64,000 nt of DNA from a virus. Taxonomy: Duplodnaviria > Heunggongvirae > Uroviricota > Caudoviricetes. Made by a program: the position numbers and the translations under genes. Positions within the stretch are counted from its first letter, which is position 1, and each line of letters begins with the position of its first letter. This document shows, in pieces, positions 29,686 through 39,377 of the stretch. The stretch is from positions 182,418 to 246,417 of IMG/VR virus record IMGVR_UViG_3300009784_000001; one strand, given 5' to 3'. Below the pieces are notes generated by a model, which saw only the letters and a program-made list of their open reading frames with translations, did not search any database and was not told the DNA's origin.

Positions 29686-29949
29686 TTAACAATCTTGCCA
29701 TTCAGGGCAAAAATCAGGAATGTATTCAAATTTTCTTGTTTCATGAGGTCTTAACATTGAAGCAACAACCTTATACTCTTGATTATAAGCACATGAATTA
29801 CTGTACTTACCTTTTTGGTCATTTCTAAGTTTAGTACAAACAATGGCTTCATCATCATCATTAAACCAATCATCATAATCTGGATCAGGTATCACTCTGT
29901 GATATGGACATTCCAGACAACTTTTAATTTCAAATTCTACTTTTTTCAT
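29686..29949 (-). CDS. Small Cys-rich (CxxC) hypothetical protein
   Basis: MKKVEFEIKSCLECPYH...IPDFCP; Bacteroidetes-type promoter directly upstream. Confidence 0.7.
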   Translation of the reverse strand: MKKVEFEIKSCLECPYHRVIPDPDYDDWFNDDDEAIVCTKLRNDQKGKYSNSCAYNQEYKVVASMLRPHETRKFEYIPDFCPEWQDC

Positions 29950-29970
29950 GACTTTATAATTTATGTAATG

Positions 29971-30011
29971 CAAAGATAGAAATAAAAAGTATTATAAACA
30001 AAATATTTATG
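29971..30011. promoter_or_regulatory. Representative back-to-back early (minus, TTTG-N20-TATCTTTG) / late (plus, TATTTAT) promoter
   Basis: Same layout at 2353-2392, 27725-27764 and 32892-32931; further early boxes at 25204, 35816, 42863 and 47515. Confidence 0.7.
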
Positions 30012-30025
30012 TTAAATAATATTAA

Positions 30026-30655
30026 ATGAAGTTAATTCTTACAGAACAACAATATAATAAAATATTTGAAATGGCTTATCCTGTTACATTTAATATGGAT
30101 GAGTTCAAACAATTAAGAAGTTTTGCTGAAAGATTTAGGTATTGTAAACAAAGATTGGAATATATAAGTTCTGGTAGTGGAAGATATGTATTTGGAATTG
30201 ATGAAGAAAAAGTATTGAAATTAGCAAAGAATCAAAAAGGAGTTGCTCAAAATGAACAAGAATATGATATGAGTAATAGTGTTCCTTACATTGTAGCTAA
30301 AGTATTTGATGCTGATGATAATTATCTGTGGATAGAAATGGAAAGAGTTAATAAGATAACTATTAAACAATTTGAAATATTAACAGGATTAAATTTCAGA
30401 GAATTTCAACAAGCAATAAGACATCATGATTTAGTAACTGTTAATAATAAAGCAAAATTTAGTGTTCCAAGTTATGATGAAATGTGGGAAAATGAATTTT
30501 TTATGGATATAGCTGATTTAATTGGAAGTTATGACATGCCAAGTGGAGATTTAATGAGAATTAATTCTTATGGAGTTAATAAGAGAGGTGAGATAAAATT
30601 AATTGATGCTGGTCTGTCAAGTGATATATATGATAATTATTATGCAAGAAAATAA
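30026..30655 (+). CDS. Protein kinase-like enzyme with Glu-ending leader
   Basis: Gly loop SSGSGR, VLKLA Lys, alphaC Glu (QNEQE), catalytic GDL..NSYG, IDAG (DFG equivalent). Confidence 0.75.
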   Translation: MKLILTEQQYNKIFEMAYPVTFNMDEFKQLRSFAERFRYCKQRLEYISSGSGRYVFGIDEEKVLKLAKNQKGVAQNEQEYDMSNSVPYIVAKVFDADDNYLWIEMERVNKITIKQFEILTGLNFREFQQAIRHHDLVTVNNKAKFSVPSYDEMWENEFFMDIADLIGSYDMPSGDLMRINSYGVNKRGEIKLIDAGLSSDIYDNYYARK

Positions 30656-30657
30656 AT

Positions 30658-31713
30658 ATGACACTTAACAATGGAAAAAATAATATAAATTATGATTCGC
30701 CACTTACTGGAGATATAGGACAAGTGAGAAGAGAAAACTTAGCATTAGAATTGTTCCACAAAGAAGGATATGTTCCAAGAACTATATCTTATAGAAATAT
30801 TGATGAATCATTCAAAGAATGGGTAGAAAATGAATTAGATATAGAATATGATGGAGAAGAATTACCTACAATGTTTCTTGTGGCAAACCAGAGATTAAAC
30901 GAGTTCGGGCAAGCATGGAAATTTACAAAAGAAGGTGGTTTATTATTGAATTTCAAAACAATTACTCGTGAAACAAATCCAGAAAAGGGAACACAACAAG
31001 GTGGAAATTATAATATTCCAATTGATAAACCAATATTTGAAGTTGTTAGAATACCTGTTATAGAAAATGGTATTGAAAGTTATGATGTTATAAAAATGAA
31101 ACAACCTCTTCAAGTTGATTTAACTTATACAATTTCAATATTTTCAACCAATTTTTCATTATTAAACGAATTTAATAGAATGATGCAGGATAAGTTTAAA
31201 GCCATTGAATGTTATTTGAATGTAAATGGTCATTATATTAGTATGGAACTTGAAAATACAAGTGATAATTCACAATATGAATTAGAAAATAGAAAATTCT
31301 TTTCTCAATCATTTCAAATATTAGTAAAGGCTTATATTATAAGAGATGAAGATTTTATAAGAGAAAGACTTCAAACAAGATTTGTTTTATCAATTGATGC
31401 AGATTTTAAAAATAAACCAATAATTACTGTAGAGGAAGAAGATTCTAATAATATTCAAACAATAAATTTAAATGTTAATTTTAATCCTTTTTCAAAACCA
31501 AGAGCAAAATTTAGACTTGATGAAAATATACTTGTTAAAAAGGTAAATATGATAAATATTAATTCATTTACAATGAAAAGGGATAATGAAGATTTTAATG
31601 TATTTACTTGCACTAATTTCAAATTATATAAATTTGAAAGAATTTCAATAAACATAAAAAGAGAAATTGATAACAAAGAAGCAAGAATTGAATTTAAAGG
31701 TGAAAGTTTTTAA
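30658..31713 (+). CDS. Tail terminator / sheath stabiliser (T4 gp15-like)
   Basis: QPLQVDLTYTISIFS...LNEF, QSFQILVKAY; structural context. Confidence 0.6.
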   Translation: MTLNNGKNNINYDSPLTGDIGQVRRENLALELFHKEGYVPRTISYRNIDESFKEWVENELDIEYDGEELPTMFLVANQRLNEFGQAWKFTKEGGLLLNFKTITRETNPEKGTQQGGNYNIPIDKPIFEVVRIPVIENGIESYDVIKMKQPLQVDLTYTISIFSTNFSLLNEFNRMMQDKFKAIECYLNVNGHYISMELENTSDNSQYELENRKFFSQSFQILVKAYIIRDEDFIRERLQTRFVLSIDADFKNKPIITVEEEDSNNIQTINLNVNFNPFSKPRAKFRLDENILVKKVNMININSFTMKRDNEDFNVFTCTNFKLYKFERISINIKREIDNKEARIEFKGESF

Positions 31714-31718
31714 AAATG

Positions 31719-31750
31719 AAAAATCCAATCATTTCTGACTGGATTTTTTT
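31719..31750. terminator. Bidirectional intrinsic terminator
   Basis: aaaatcca...tggatttttttt between convergent genes. Confidence 0.7.
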
Positions 31751-31769
31751 TGACCTTGATGAAATATAT

Positions 31770-32843
31770 TTATAAGTTTTTTAATTCATCCTCAATTAAT
31801 TTTTTTATTTCTTTTTTATTAAATTTATAATTTTTATTCTCTTTAGTTTTAACTATTATTACATCTTCTTTTATTAGATTATTCCATATATCTAATAATT
31901 CTTCTTCAGATAATTCTTGATTAGATAAATCAATAGTTTCTTCAAATATTTCATATTGAGATATACAAGCACTTCCAACTACACCCGCTCTATAACAAAG
32001 TTGCATTTCATCTTCTAAATGTTTAAACAAAAAAGGTATTTTTTCATTTTTAGTTTGTGAAAATCCATAATACTCACAAGGAATAATTAATTCTCTTTTT
32101 TCAATATCAAATACTCCTTGTTTTTTTTCTTCATTTTCAACAATTACCCAATTTTTATTAATTTCACAAGGATTTGAAACATGAATATATTTACCACTTA
32201 TTTCCTCAATTAAACTAAAAACAAAAGATGGATTTTGTTTTGCTTTATTTATTGCATCATTAATCTCTTCTTCAGACATTCCTCCAACATCAATCATTTC
32301 ATCTGCTTCTCTAATTTCATAAATCCAAAATTTATCATAATTGTCTTTTGTTCTAAAAAAATCATCTTTTATATCATAAAATTTAGTAATAATTTTTGCT
32401 TTATATATAGGAGTTTTAATATTTTCATCAATTGATTTTACATTTTCAATATAATAAAAATAGTAACCACTTAAAAATTTAATAATAAAAATACCATATT
32501 TATTAAACTTTTCATCAAAAATTATATCTTCAATCCATAAAATATTTTTTATTTTGCTTTCAATAGGTAAATAATATCTATTACTAAAAAAATCTTTAAT
32601 GTTTATAATAAAATATTTTGCAGAATCTTCTGGTAAAAAACAACTGATAACTAAAAAGGGAGGAACATCTGATTGAAATTGTTTTTCTTTTGGGGCAAAT
32701 TGAAACATTGGTTTATGATCAGACGCATAAAAACCATAGCTAATAATTTCAATTAATTTGATAGAATCATTTTCTAATTTACATAGTCTAATTTCATTAT
32801 CTTCTTCTATCAAAAGATAATCTTTGTAAAAATCTTTAATCAT
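31770..32843 (-). CDS. Hypothetical early protein with a WG-repeat-like segment
   Basis: KQGVFDIEKRELIIPCEY; own TTTG-N20-TATATTTG promoter. Confidence 0.65.
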   Translation of the reverse strand: MIKDFYKDYLLIEEDNEIRLCKLENDSIKLIEIISYGFYASDHKPMFQFAPKEKQFQSDVPPFLVISCFLPEDSAKYFIINIKDFFSNRYYLPIESKIKNILWIEDIIFDEKFNKYGIFIIKFLSGYYFYYIENVKSIDENIKTPIYKAKIITKFYDIKDDFFRTKDNYDKFWIYEIREADEMIDVGGMSEEEINDAINKAKQNPSFVFSLIEEISGKYIHVSNPCEINKNWVIVENEEKKQGVFDIEKRELIIPCEYYGFSQTKNEKIPFLFKHLEDEMQLCYRAGVVGSACISQYEIFEETIDLSNQELSEEELLDIWNNLIKEDVIIVKTKENKNYKFNKKEIKKLIEDELKNL

Positions 32844-32945
32844 TTTCTTAAAATTTTAAATTGTTATTTAATCACCTCATCAAGGTTATAACAAATATAT
32901 AATGTTTTATTGGAAAAAACAAATATTTATATATAAAATACTAAA

Positions 32946-35273
32946 ATGAGTTCAATTACAAAAAATATATGCTATAGTGTTAGTTCTCTGAATATGGATG
33001 AAGTTTTTCCAAAGTTAAATGCTGATGAAATAATAACAGCACAAATTCTTGATCAATGTGGAAACCTTGTAATGACTTTACCTTGTTCAAAAGAAGAATG
33101 TACAGTAGATAATGCATGCTGTTCAAATCCAACTACTATATATGGAACTTTAGATGTTACTCCTGGTCAAACAGGAACAGCTTGTGGAGATGGAAATATT
33201 ATTGCAAATAAAATAATAGCTAATTCATTACAAGGAGATGGCTCAAATATAACTGGTACAGATGATACAATTGTAACTTCTTTTCAATATAATGCACTTT
33301 TTGATAGGTTAGAATTACAAATAGCAAATCCAAATAATCCTGACAGTGAACGTACATTTACAGTTCAGACTGATATGTTTACACATAATACTGTTATTAC
33401 AAATTTTGATTATGAACAACAAAATTCAAATACACTTGTATTAAAAGATAGTGATAATAATGAATGGAGTGTAGATTTATCAAAATTTGTTTATGATGGA
33501 GAAACGTTTATTGCAGGGGCTTCTTGTGATGAATTTGGACATTTCAAAATGTGGTATAATAGACCTGAAATGTCAAAGATAAATGTAGATATATCTCCTG
33601 CAATTCAAAATCTTGATAAGTATGTAACAGGTGGATTTTTGAATGATGAAACTCTTGTATTAACAAGGAAGAATGATACTCCAATAAGAATTAATTTATA
33701 TGATTTAATTGCTGGAATAAAATGTTCTGCTGATACAAAAATATCATGTGTTGAATGGTGTGGAAATTCTTTATTAATAAAAGAATCAAATGGAAAAGAA
33801 TGGGAAATTAATTTTGTTCATTTAATTGATCAAATCATAGATGAAATAACTCCAAATGAAATTACAGGGGGTTGTATATTGGAAGATAATACAATTATTT
33901 TACATAGAAGAAATGGTTCTGATTTAGAAATTGGTACTATAACTGACAATGATACTAAATTAGTAAATGCTATATGGAAACCAAATCCAACATTTCCAGA
34001 TGATCCAAAGAAATTAATATTAAGATTAAATAGTTCAGATGGAACAAATATAGATATTAATTTTAGTGAATTAATTAATAGAATACCATGTATTGATACA
34101 TTCATTGTACAAGGAAATATTTCCAAAAGTCCAGGATTAAATAATCCAAATAGTCAAATAATATTAAGAAATAATTTTAATGAAGATATTATAATAGATG
34201 GTTTAATAAATTCAGATACAAGAGTAATAGCAGGAAAATATGACAATTTTACAAATGGAGAAAATAGATTAGTTTTAAAAGAAAGTAATGGAAATGAAAT
34301 AGTTATTGATTTGAGAAGATTAATTGAAGATTGTACTAGTCAACATGATAAATATCTCAAAAGAGCTACAATAGTTGGAAATGATGTGTTACAACTTGAA
34401 GTGGAAGGTGCTCCTACATTACATGTTCCTTTGGCAAGGTTTAGGAATATTGATCAATCAATCAAGACAATGATATTTGATAAAAATTTTGGTACATTGA
34501 CAATAACTGATGGGCAAGGAAAGACAAATACTACTTTAATTTATAAAGAAACTGATTTTAAATACATAAGTCAAGTTGAAATTATGAACAACACACACTT
34601 ATATATTAAACAAGAAAATGGTCAATCATGGACATTAAAATTACCAAACAAATATATACTTTCAGGAACATACAATAACAATGGAAATATAAATAATACT
34701 TCTCCATCTATTACATTAACTAATAATGATAATACAACTGTAACAATCAATAATGTAGAAAATACATTTGCAACTGCATTAAAAGTATTTAACGATACTT
34801 TAAGATTGGAACAAAATGATGGAACAAAGTTAAATGTTAAAATGACACCAGTTATTGATTTAGCAGCAAACAATGCAAAATTAATAGATGGTACATATAA
34901 TCCATTAAATGGTGAAATTCAATTAAATTATGCAAATCCAGATAATTGTATTGTAATAACAGGTTTACCAACTAATGAAAAAACTATTGGTCAAATAACA
35001 TTGGGATATAATGTATGGAATGGAAATGTTAATTATTATATTAATGGGAACAGTGTAATGATTAATATGAATATTACACCAGGTACTGCACCAAGTACAG
35101 TAATAGGAAATATACCAATTACATTACCATTTGTTATAAACAAATATATAACAGGTATTTTGTTAGGAAATCCAATATCAGTTCCAATAATAATATCAAT
35201 GAATGGAGATATTGAATTAACTGGTTCAATTCCTGATTCAATACAAGATAGTTTTACATTAATACTTCAATAA
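32946..35273 (+). CDS. Repeat-containing structural (fibre/appendage) protein
   Basis: More than ten copies of D(T/K).I....N.L.L..SNG.E..I(D/N)L-type repeats; Cys-rich N-terminus; late promoter. Confidence 0.65.
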   Translation: MSSITKNICYSVSSLNMDEVFPKLNADEIITAQILDQCGNLVMTLPCSKEECTVDNACCSNPTTIYGTLDVTPGQTGTACGDGNIIANKIIANSLQGDGSNITGTDDTIVTSFQYNALFDRLELQIANPNNPDSERTFTVQTDMFTHNTVITNFDYEQQNSNTLVLKDSDNNEWSVDLSKFVYDGETFIAGASCDEFGHFKMWYNRPEMSKINVDISPAIQNLDKYVTGGFLNDETLVLTRKNDTPIRINLYDLIAGIKCSADTKISCVEWCGNSLLIKESNGKEWEINFVHLIDQIIDEITPNEITGGCILEDNTIILHRRNGSDLEIGTITDNDTKLVNAIWKPNPTFPDDPKKLILRLNSSDGTNIDINFSELINRIPCIDTFIVQGNISKSPGLNNPNSQIILRNNFNEDIIIDGLINSDTRVIAGKYDNFTNGENRLVLKESNGNEIVIDLRRLIEDCTSQHDKYLKRATIVGNDVLQLEVEGAPTLHVPLARFRNIDQSIKTMIFDKNFGTLTITDGQGKTNTTLIYKETDFKYISQVEIMNNTHLYIKQENGQSWTLKLPNKYILSGTYNNNGNINNTSPSITLTNNDNTTVTINNVENTFATALKVFNDTLRLEQNDGTKLNVKMTPVIDLAANNAKLIDGTYNPLNGEIQLNYANPDNCIVITGLPTNEKTIGQITLGYNVWNGNVNYYINGNSVMINMNITPGTAPSTVIGNIPITLPFVINKYITGILLGNPISVPIIISMNGDIELTGSIPDSIQDSFTLILQ

Positions 35274-35302
35274 AAATAATAAATTATAAAAAATATAAAA
35301 TC

Positions 35303-35737
35303 ATGGTTGTTTTAAAAGAAGAAGCAAGAAAAGTAATTGAAAACATTGTTACAAAAATGTTAAAAGAAGAGGGGGAAGTAAATTCAGTAAATTTACTAAA
35401 TAACTTTAAAACAGAAGTTAAAAGAAGGCTTGAAAATATTAATATAATACTTACATATAATCAAAATGATTATTATTTTAATTTAAGAAACTTTACTACT
35501 ATAACAACTAATTCTGAGAAGAATCCAAATTTAATAAAAACATTTCAAATATCGGGGGTTACTAAAAATAATAAAGGGATAGATGTATACCTTATACTTA
35601 ATTATAATGTTAAAACCAAACAATTAGTTGTTTATGATATGAATATGAAACAACAAGCTCTTTCAGTTTTAAATCAAAGTGATGTAATTTCTATAGTTTC
35701 AGAGTTAATGCGAAAATACAATATTTTTCTAGAATAA
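35303..35737 (+). CDS. Hypothetical late protein with Glu-rich leader
   Basis: MVVLKEEARKVIENIVTKMLKEE. Confidence 0.65.
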   Translation: MVVLKEEARKVIENIVTKMLKEEGEVNSVNLLNNFKTEVKRRLENINIILTYNQNDYYFNLRNFTTITTNSEKNPNLIKTFQISGVTKNNKGIDVYLILNYNVKTKQLVVYDMNMKQQALSVLNQSDVISIVSELMRKYNIFLE

Positions 35738-35813
35738 AAGACAAATCCCCTAACTTTCACAAGTGAGGGGATTTTAAATTTACGACAATTTCGATTGTTT
35801 CTTTCAACACAGG
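35735..35813 (-). ncRNA. Candidate small RNA (~75 nt)
   Basis: Canonical promoter (TTTG 35844-47, N20, TATCTTTG 35816-23), ACAAT-CGAA-ATTGT hairpin and terminator, with no ATG in between. Confidence 0.45.
35743..35774. terminator. Intrinsic terminator (bidirectional)
   Basis: aaatcccct...aggggattt stem. Confidence 0.8.
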
Positions 35814-35917
35814 TACAAAGATATAATTAATTTTTCGATAAGACAAAGAATAATACAATACTTTTTAACTCAATAAACTATTTATATTAAAATAATAGGT
35901 TAAAAATACAAATTAAT

Positions 35918-38900
35918 ATGGCTATTTTAAATACAGTTCGTGGTTTGCACGTTTCTCCTGGAATTTACACAAAAGAAACAGAATTAAAGACTTCAAATAA
36001 TACATTTGGTATTACTACTTTAGGATTAGCTGGCGAAACATTGAAAGGCCCAGCCTTTTCCCCAATTTCTGTATCAAACTGGCGTGAATATTCAGATACA
36101 TTTGGTGGAACTTCAACAGAAATATATAAAGGAAGCAGATATCCAAGATATGAATTACCTTATGTCGCCCAAGATTATTTAACTGAATCAAATCAACTTA
36201 TAGTAACAAGAGTATTGGGTTTATCAGGATATAATGCAGGAAGAGCATGGTTAATTAAAGCAATAGGAAGTGGCATTGGAAAAGATATGCTTGTAGCAGT
36301 TATTCGTTCAAGAGGACATTATGTAAAAACATTTGGAAATCCAAGTTTTAGTTCTGCCCCTGTTGCCAGTATCGAGGCAAATGTTCAATATGTGGTTGGT
36401 AGAGCTAATCAAAGTAGTGTTACCCCACTTACCCCTACTGATTATATTACATATAATTCCAAACAATATACTTTTGGGCAAAGATTTTTTGGAGTAGCAG
36501 GTCAAACTATTTTTACAAAAAATCCTGCTGTAAATCCTCAATTAACAGTTTATGGATATTGTGGTACTAATTATGATTATGATAAATTTATGTGGGATGT
36601 TTATGATGTAACAATAGGACCAACATCAATTCCTTTAGCTAATTTTACTTGTGGTAAAGTTGGAACATGGGTAGATGGAGCACAAGTTGCTGGAATACCT
36701 TCTACACCAAGTGATTTTGGAACATTTCAATTAACAGTAACTTTAAGAAATAATGACGGAACAGCAGGTGATACAGTTAGTTTTACAGTTTCGTTCAATC
36801 CAGGTCAAAAAAATTATATATATAATGTAATAGGTGGAACACCTGATGATAATGATGCTCCAATTTATATTGAAGAATTATATGATGTTGCATTTCAACA
36901 ATTAGTATTTAAAAATGGAGTTGATCCAGTGAATTTTATAGAAGGTATTTCTACTACTTTAGAATCAACACTTAATGAAAGCTCAATTATACCAATGTTT
37001 CAGCCTGTAGTTTCAATATTAACAACTCCAAATCAATCAGTAACAAAATCAATGCTTGGTAATAGATATTTATACACTGGTTTTGATGTTAATGGTAATT
37101 CTCTTATAACTGAATATGCAAAAGAAACTATAACAATTATAACAACCCCTACTTACAGTAAAACAAGCACAAAAGCCTTCAATACATTAGGAACAACTGA
37201 TATAGGGAAAATATTGGTAGTTAAAGAAGATGTAGATTCAAGTGGTAAAGTAACTTATAATTATCATTACATTGTTACTACAACAGATGGAACAATATTT
37301 GAAGAAAAATTAGACAGTGCATCAGCAAAAAATCCTGATACTGATGGTTATTATTGGGGATTTGTATTTGTAGCTAATGAACAATTGTTTTATGAAATAA
37401 AAACAAATGGAGGAACAACAGTTGTTGAAAGAGTAATTGGAGATTTAAATGATTATACTGAATCATTTAGATATGCTTCTTCTCCTTGGATTGTGTCACA
37501 AATGATAGGTACATTTGCAAATAATCAAGTTCATAAATTATTTAGATTCCATAGTATATCAGATGGAGATACTGCAAACACATTATTTAAAATAAGTATC
37601 CAAAATATTGATCCAGATAATTTAACATTCGATGTTATTATTAGAGATTTTAATGATTCAGATGCTTCTGTTACAGTTCTAGAAAGCTATTTAAGATGTA
37701 ATTTAAATCCAGATAGTAGTAGTTATATATTAAATAGAATTGGTTCATTTGATAATTCAACACCAATAGTATCAAAATATGTAATGGTTGAAATGGCAGA
37801 AAATGATAATATAAGATTTTCAATTCCTTGTGGTTTCTTAGGTTATCCTGTAAGAGATTTAGTTGATGAAAATGTAACAAAACCTGCATTAGCATATAAT
37901 GTAACTCTTAATGAAGAAATAAAAACTAAAAGACAATACTTTGGGATGTCTGATTTGGTTGGAATTGATACTGATATTATATCATACAAAGGAAGAAGTG
38001 CTTACAGTGATGGAACATTTACTGATGGTTTCCACTTAGATAGTAGAGTTAGTAGTTGTTTCACATTAGTAGATGGAGAAAATCCTGGTGTAGATTGTAC
38101 AACAAATCCTACTACTCCTGTTCTTGGAATGTTTACTTGGCAAACTGTTAGTGTTGATACAGTAGGAGCTGGTGGAGAAGCACCACAAATAACAGGTGAT
38201 GATATTACAGGTACAATTTATGAAGATGTTACTACAAGAAAATTCACATTCTGTATGTATGGTGGATTTGATGGATGGGATATTTACAGAACATCAAGAA
38301 CTACTTCTGATGATTTCAAAATGAACAGATACAAAGGTAAAATTAATCCAAATACAGGTCATGGTGAACATTTTTCATGGATTACAAATAATGAATTATT
38401 AAATTTACCTGAAAAAGGAATAACAAGTGATTTTTATGCTTTTTGGGCAGCTATGCTGACATTTAATAACCCTGCTGAAACTCCAATCAATGTGTTTGCA
38501 ACACCAGGTATTGACTATGTAAATGATACATTACTTGTTAGTGAAGGAATAGAAATGATTGAAGATCCAGCACATCAAAAAGCAATTTATATTGCAACAA
38601 CACCTGATAAACCATTTGGTGCAACTGATGCTGTAGCTTCGATGTATTCGCCACAAGATGTTGTAGATAATCTGGAAGGAACAGAACTTGATTCAAGTTA
38701 TGTAGCTACTTATTATCCATGGTGTAGATATATGGATTCTAATGAAAATAAAACAATATTTTTACCACCAACAAGAGATGTAGTAAGATTGTTAGCATTA
38801 ATTGATAATACTTCCTATGCTTGGTTCCCACCAGCAGGTGATCAACGTGGTAGAGTAAATGCTATCAATGCAAGAATAAATACTAAAATAGGTGATGAAG

Positions 38901-39331
38901 ATATTTTATATACAGGAAGAATTAATCCTATAAAAACTTATGCAAGAGATGGTATATATATCTGGGGTCAAAAGAACTTAAAAGTTTCTTATGATAATGA
39001 TAAAGAAGCATTAACCAGAATTGGTGTTAGAAGAATGATGCTGAGAATACGTGATTTAATTATAAGAGTTAATAGACAATTGATATTTACTCCAAATGAT
39101 GCTACTGTTAAAAATAAATTCATATCAAATTGTACAGCAGTATTAAATGATGTAAGATCTAATCGTGGTATCAGTGATTTCAGAATTGAAGTTCAAGATA
39201 GTATTGAAGCACAACAAGCAAGAACCTTACCAGCAGCAATTTGGATTGTACCTCAAGGAATTCTTGAATACATAGAAATAAACTTCATCATCAGCCCTAC
39301 TGGTGTATCACTCAATGACTTAACAGCATAA
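35918..39331 (+). CDS. Contractile tail sheath protein
   Basis: HVSPGIYTKE N-terminus; GGFDGWD; FATPGID; ATYYPW; WFPPAG..RG; RINPI...IWGQKNL; AL.RIGVRRMM; EYIEINF. Confidence 0.93.
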   Translation: MAILNTVRGLHVSPGIYTKETELKTSNNTFGITTLGLAGETLKGPAFSPISVSNWREYSDTFGGTSTEIYKGSRYPRYELPYVAQDYLTESNQLIVTRVLGLSGYNAGRAWLIKAIGSGIGKDMLVAVIRSRGHYVKTFGNPSFSSAPVASIEANVQYVVGRANQSSVTPLTPTDYITYNSKQYTFGQRFFGVAGQTIFTKNPAVNPQLTVYGYCGTNYDYDKFMWDVYDVTIGPTSIPLANFTCGKVGTWVDGAQVAGIPSTPSDFGTFQLTVTLRNNDGTAGDTVSFTVSFNPGQKNYIYNVIGGTPDDNDAPIYIEELYDVAFQQLVFKNGVDPVNFIEGISTTLESTLNESSIIPMFQPVVSILTTPNQSVTKSMLGNRYLYTGFDVNGNSLITEYAKETITIITTPTYSKTSTKAFNTLGTTDIGKILVVKEDVDSSGKVTYNYHYIVTTTDGTIFEEKLDSASAKNPDTDGYYWGFVFVANEQLFYEIKTNGGTTVVERVIGDLNDYTESFRYASSPWIVSQMIGTFANNQVHKLFRFHSISDGDTANTLFKISIQNIDPDNLTFDVIIRDFNDSDASVTVLESYLRCNLNPDSSSYILNRIGSFDNSTPIVSKYVMVEMAENDNIRFSIPCGFLGYPVRDLVDENVTKPALAYNVTLNEEIKTKRQYFGMSDLVGIDTDIISYKGRSAYSDGTFTDGFHLDSRVSSCFTLVDGENPGVDCTTNPTTPVLGMFTWQTVSVDTVGAGGEAPQITGDDITGTIYEDVTTRKFTFCMYGGFDGWDIYRTSRTTSDDFKMNRYKGKINPNTGHGEHFSWITNNELLNLPEKGITSDFYAFWAAMLTFNNPAETPINVFATPGIDYVNDTLLVSEGIEMIEDPAHQKAIYIATTPDKPFGATDAVASMYSPQDVVDNLEGTELDSSYVATYYPWCRYMDSNENKTIFLPPTRDVVRLLALIDNTSYAWFPPAGDQRGRVNAINARINTKIGDEDILYTGRINPIKTYARDGIYIWGQKNLKVSYDNDKEALTRIGVRRMMLRIRDLIIRVNRQLIFTPNDATVKNKFISNCTAVLNDVRSNRGISDFRIEVQDSIEAQQARTLPAAIWIVPQGILEYIEINFIISPTGVSLNDLTA

Positions 39332-39351
39332 TATAATATTTATTAATTATT

Positions 39352-39377
39352 TAAGGGAGTAATTTTTTACTCCCTTA
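39352..39377. terminator. Bidirectional intrinsic terminator
   Basis: taagggagtaa-tttt-ttactccctta. Confidence 0.8.
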
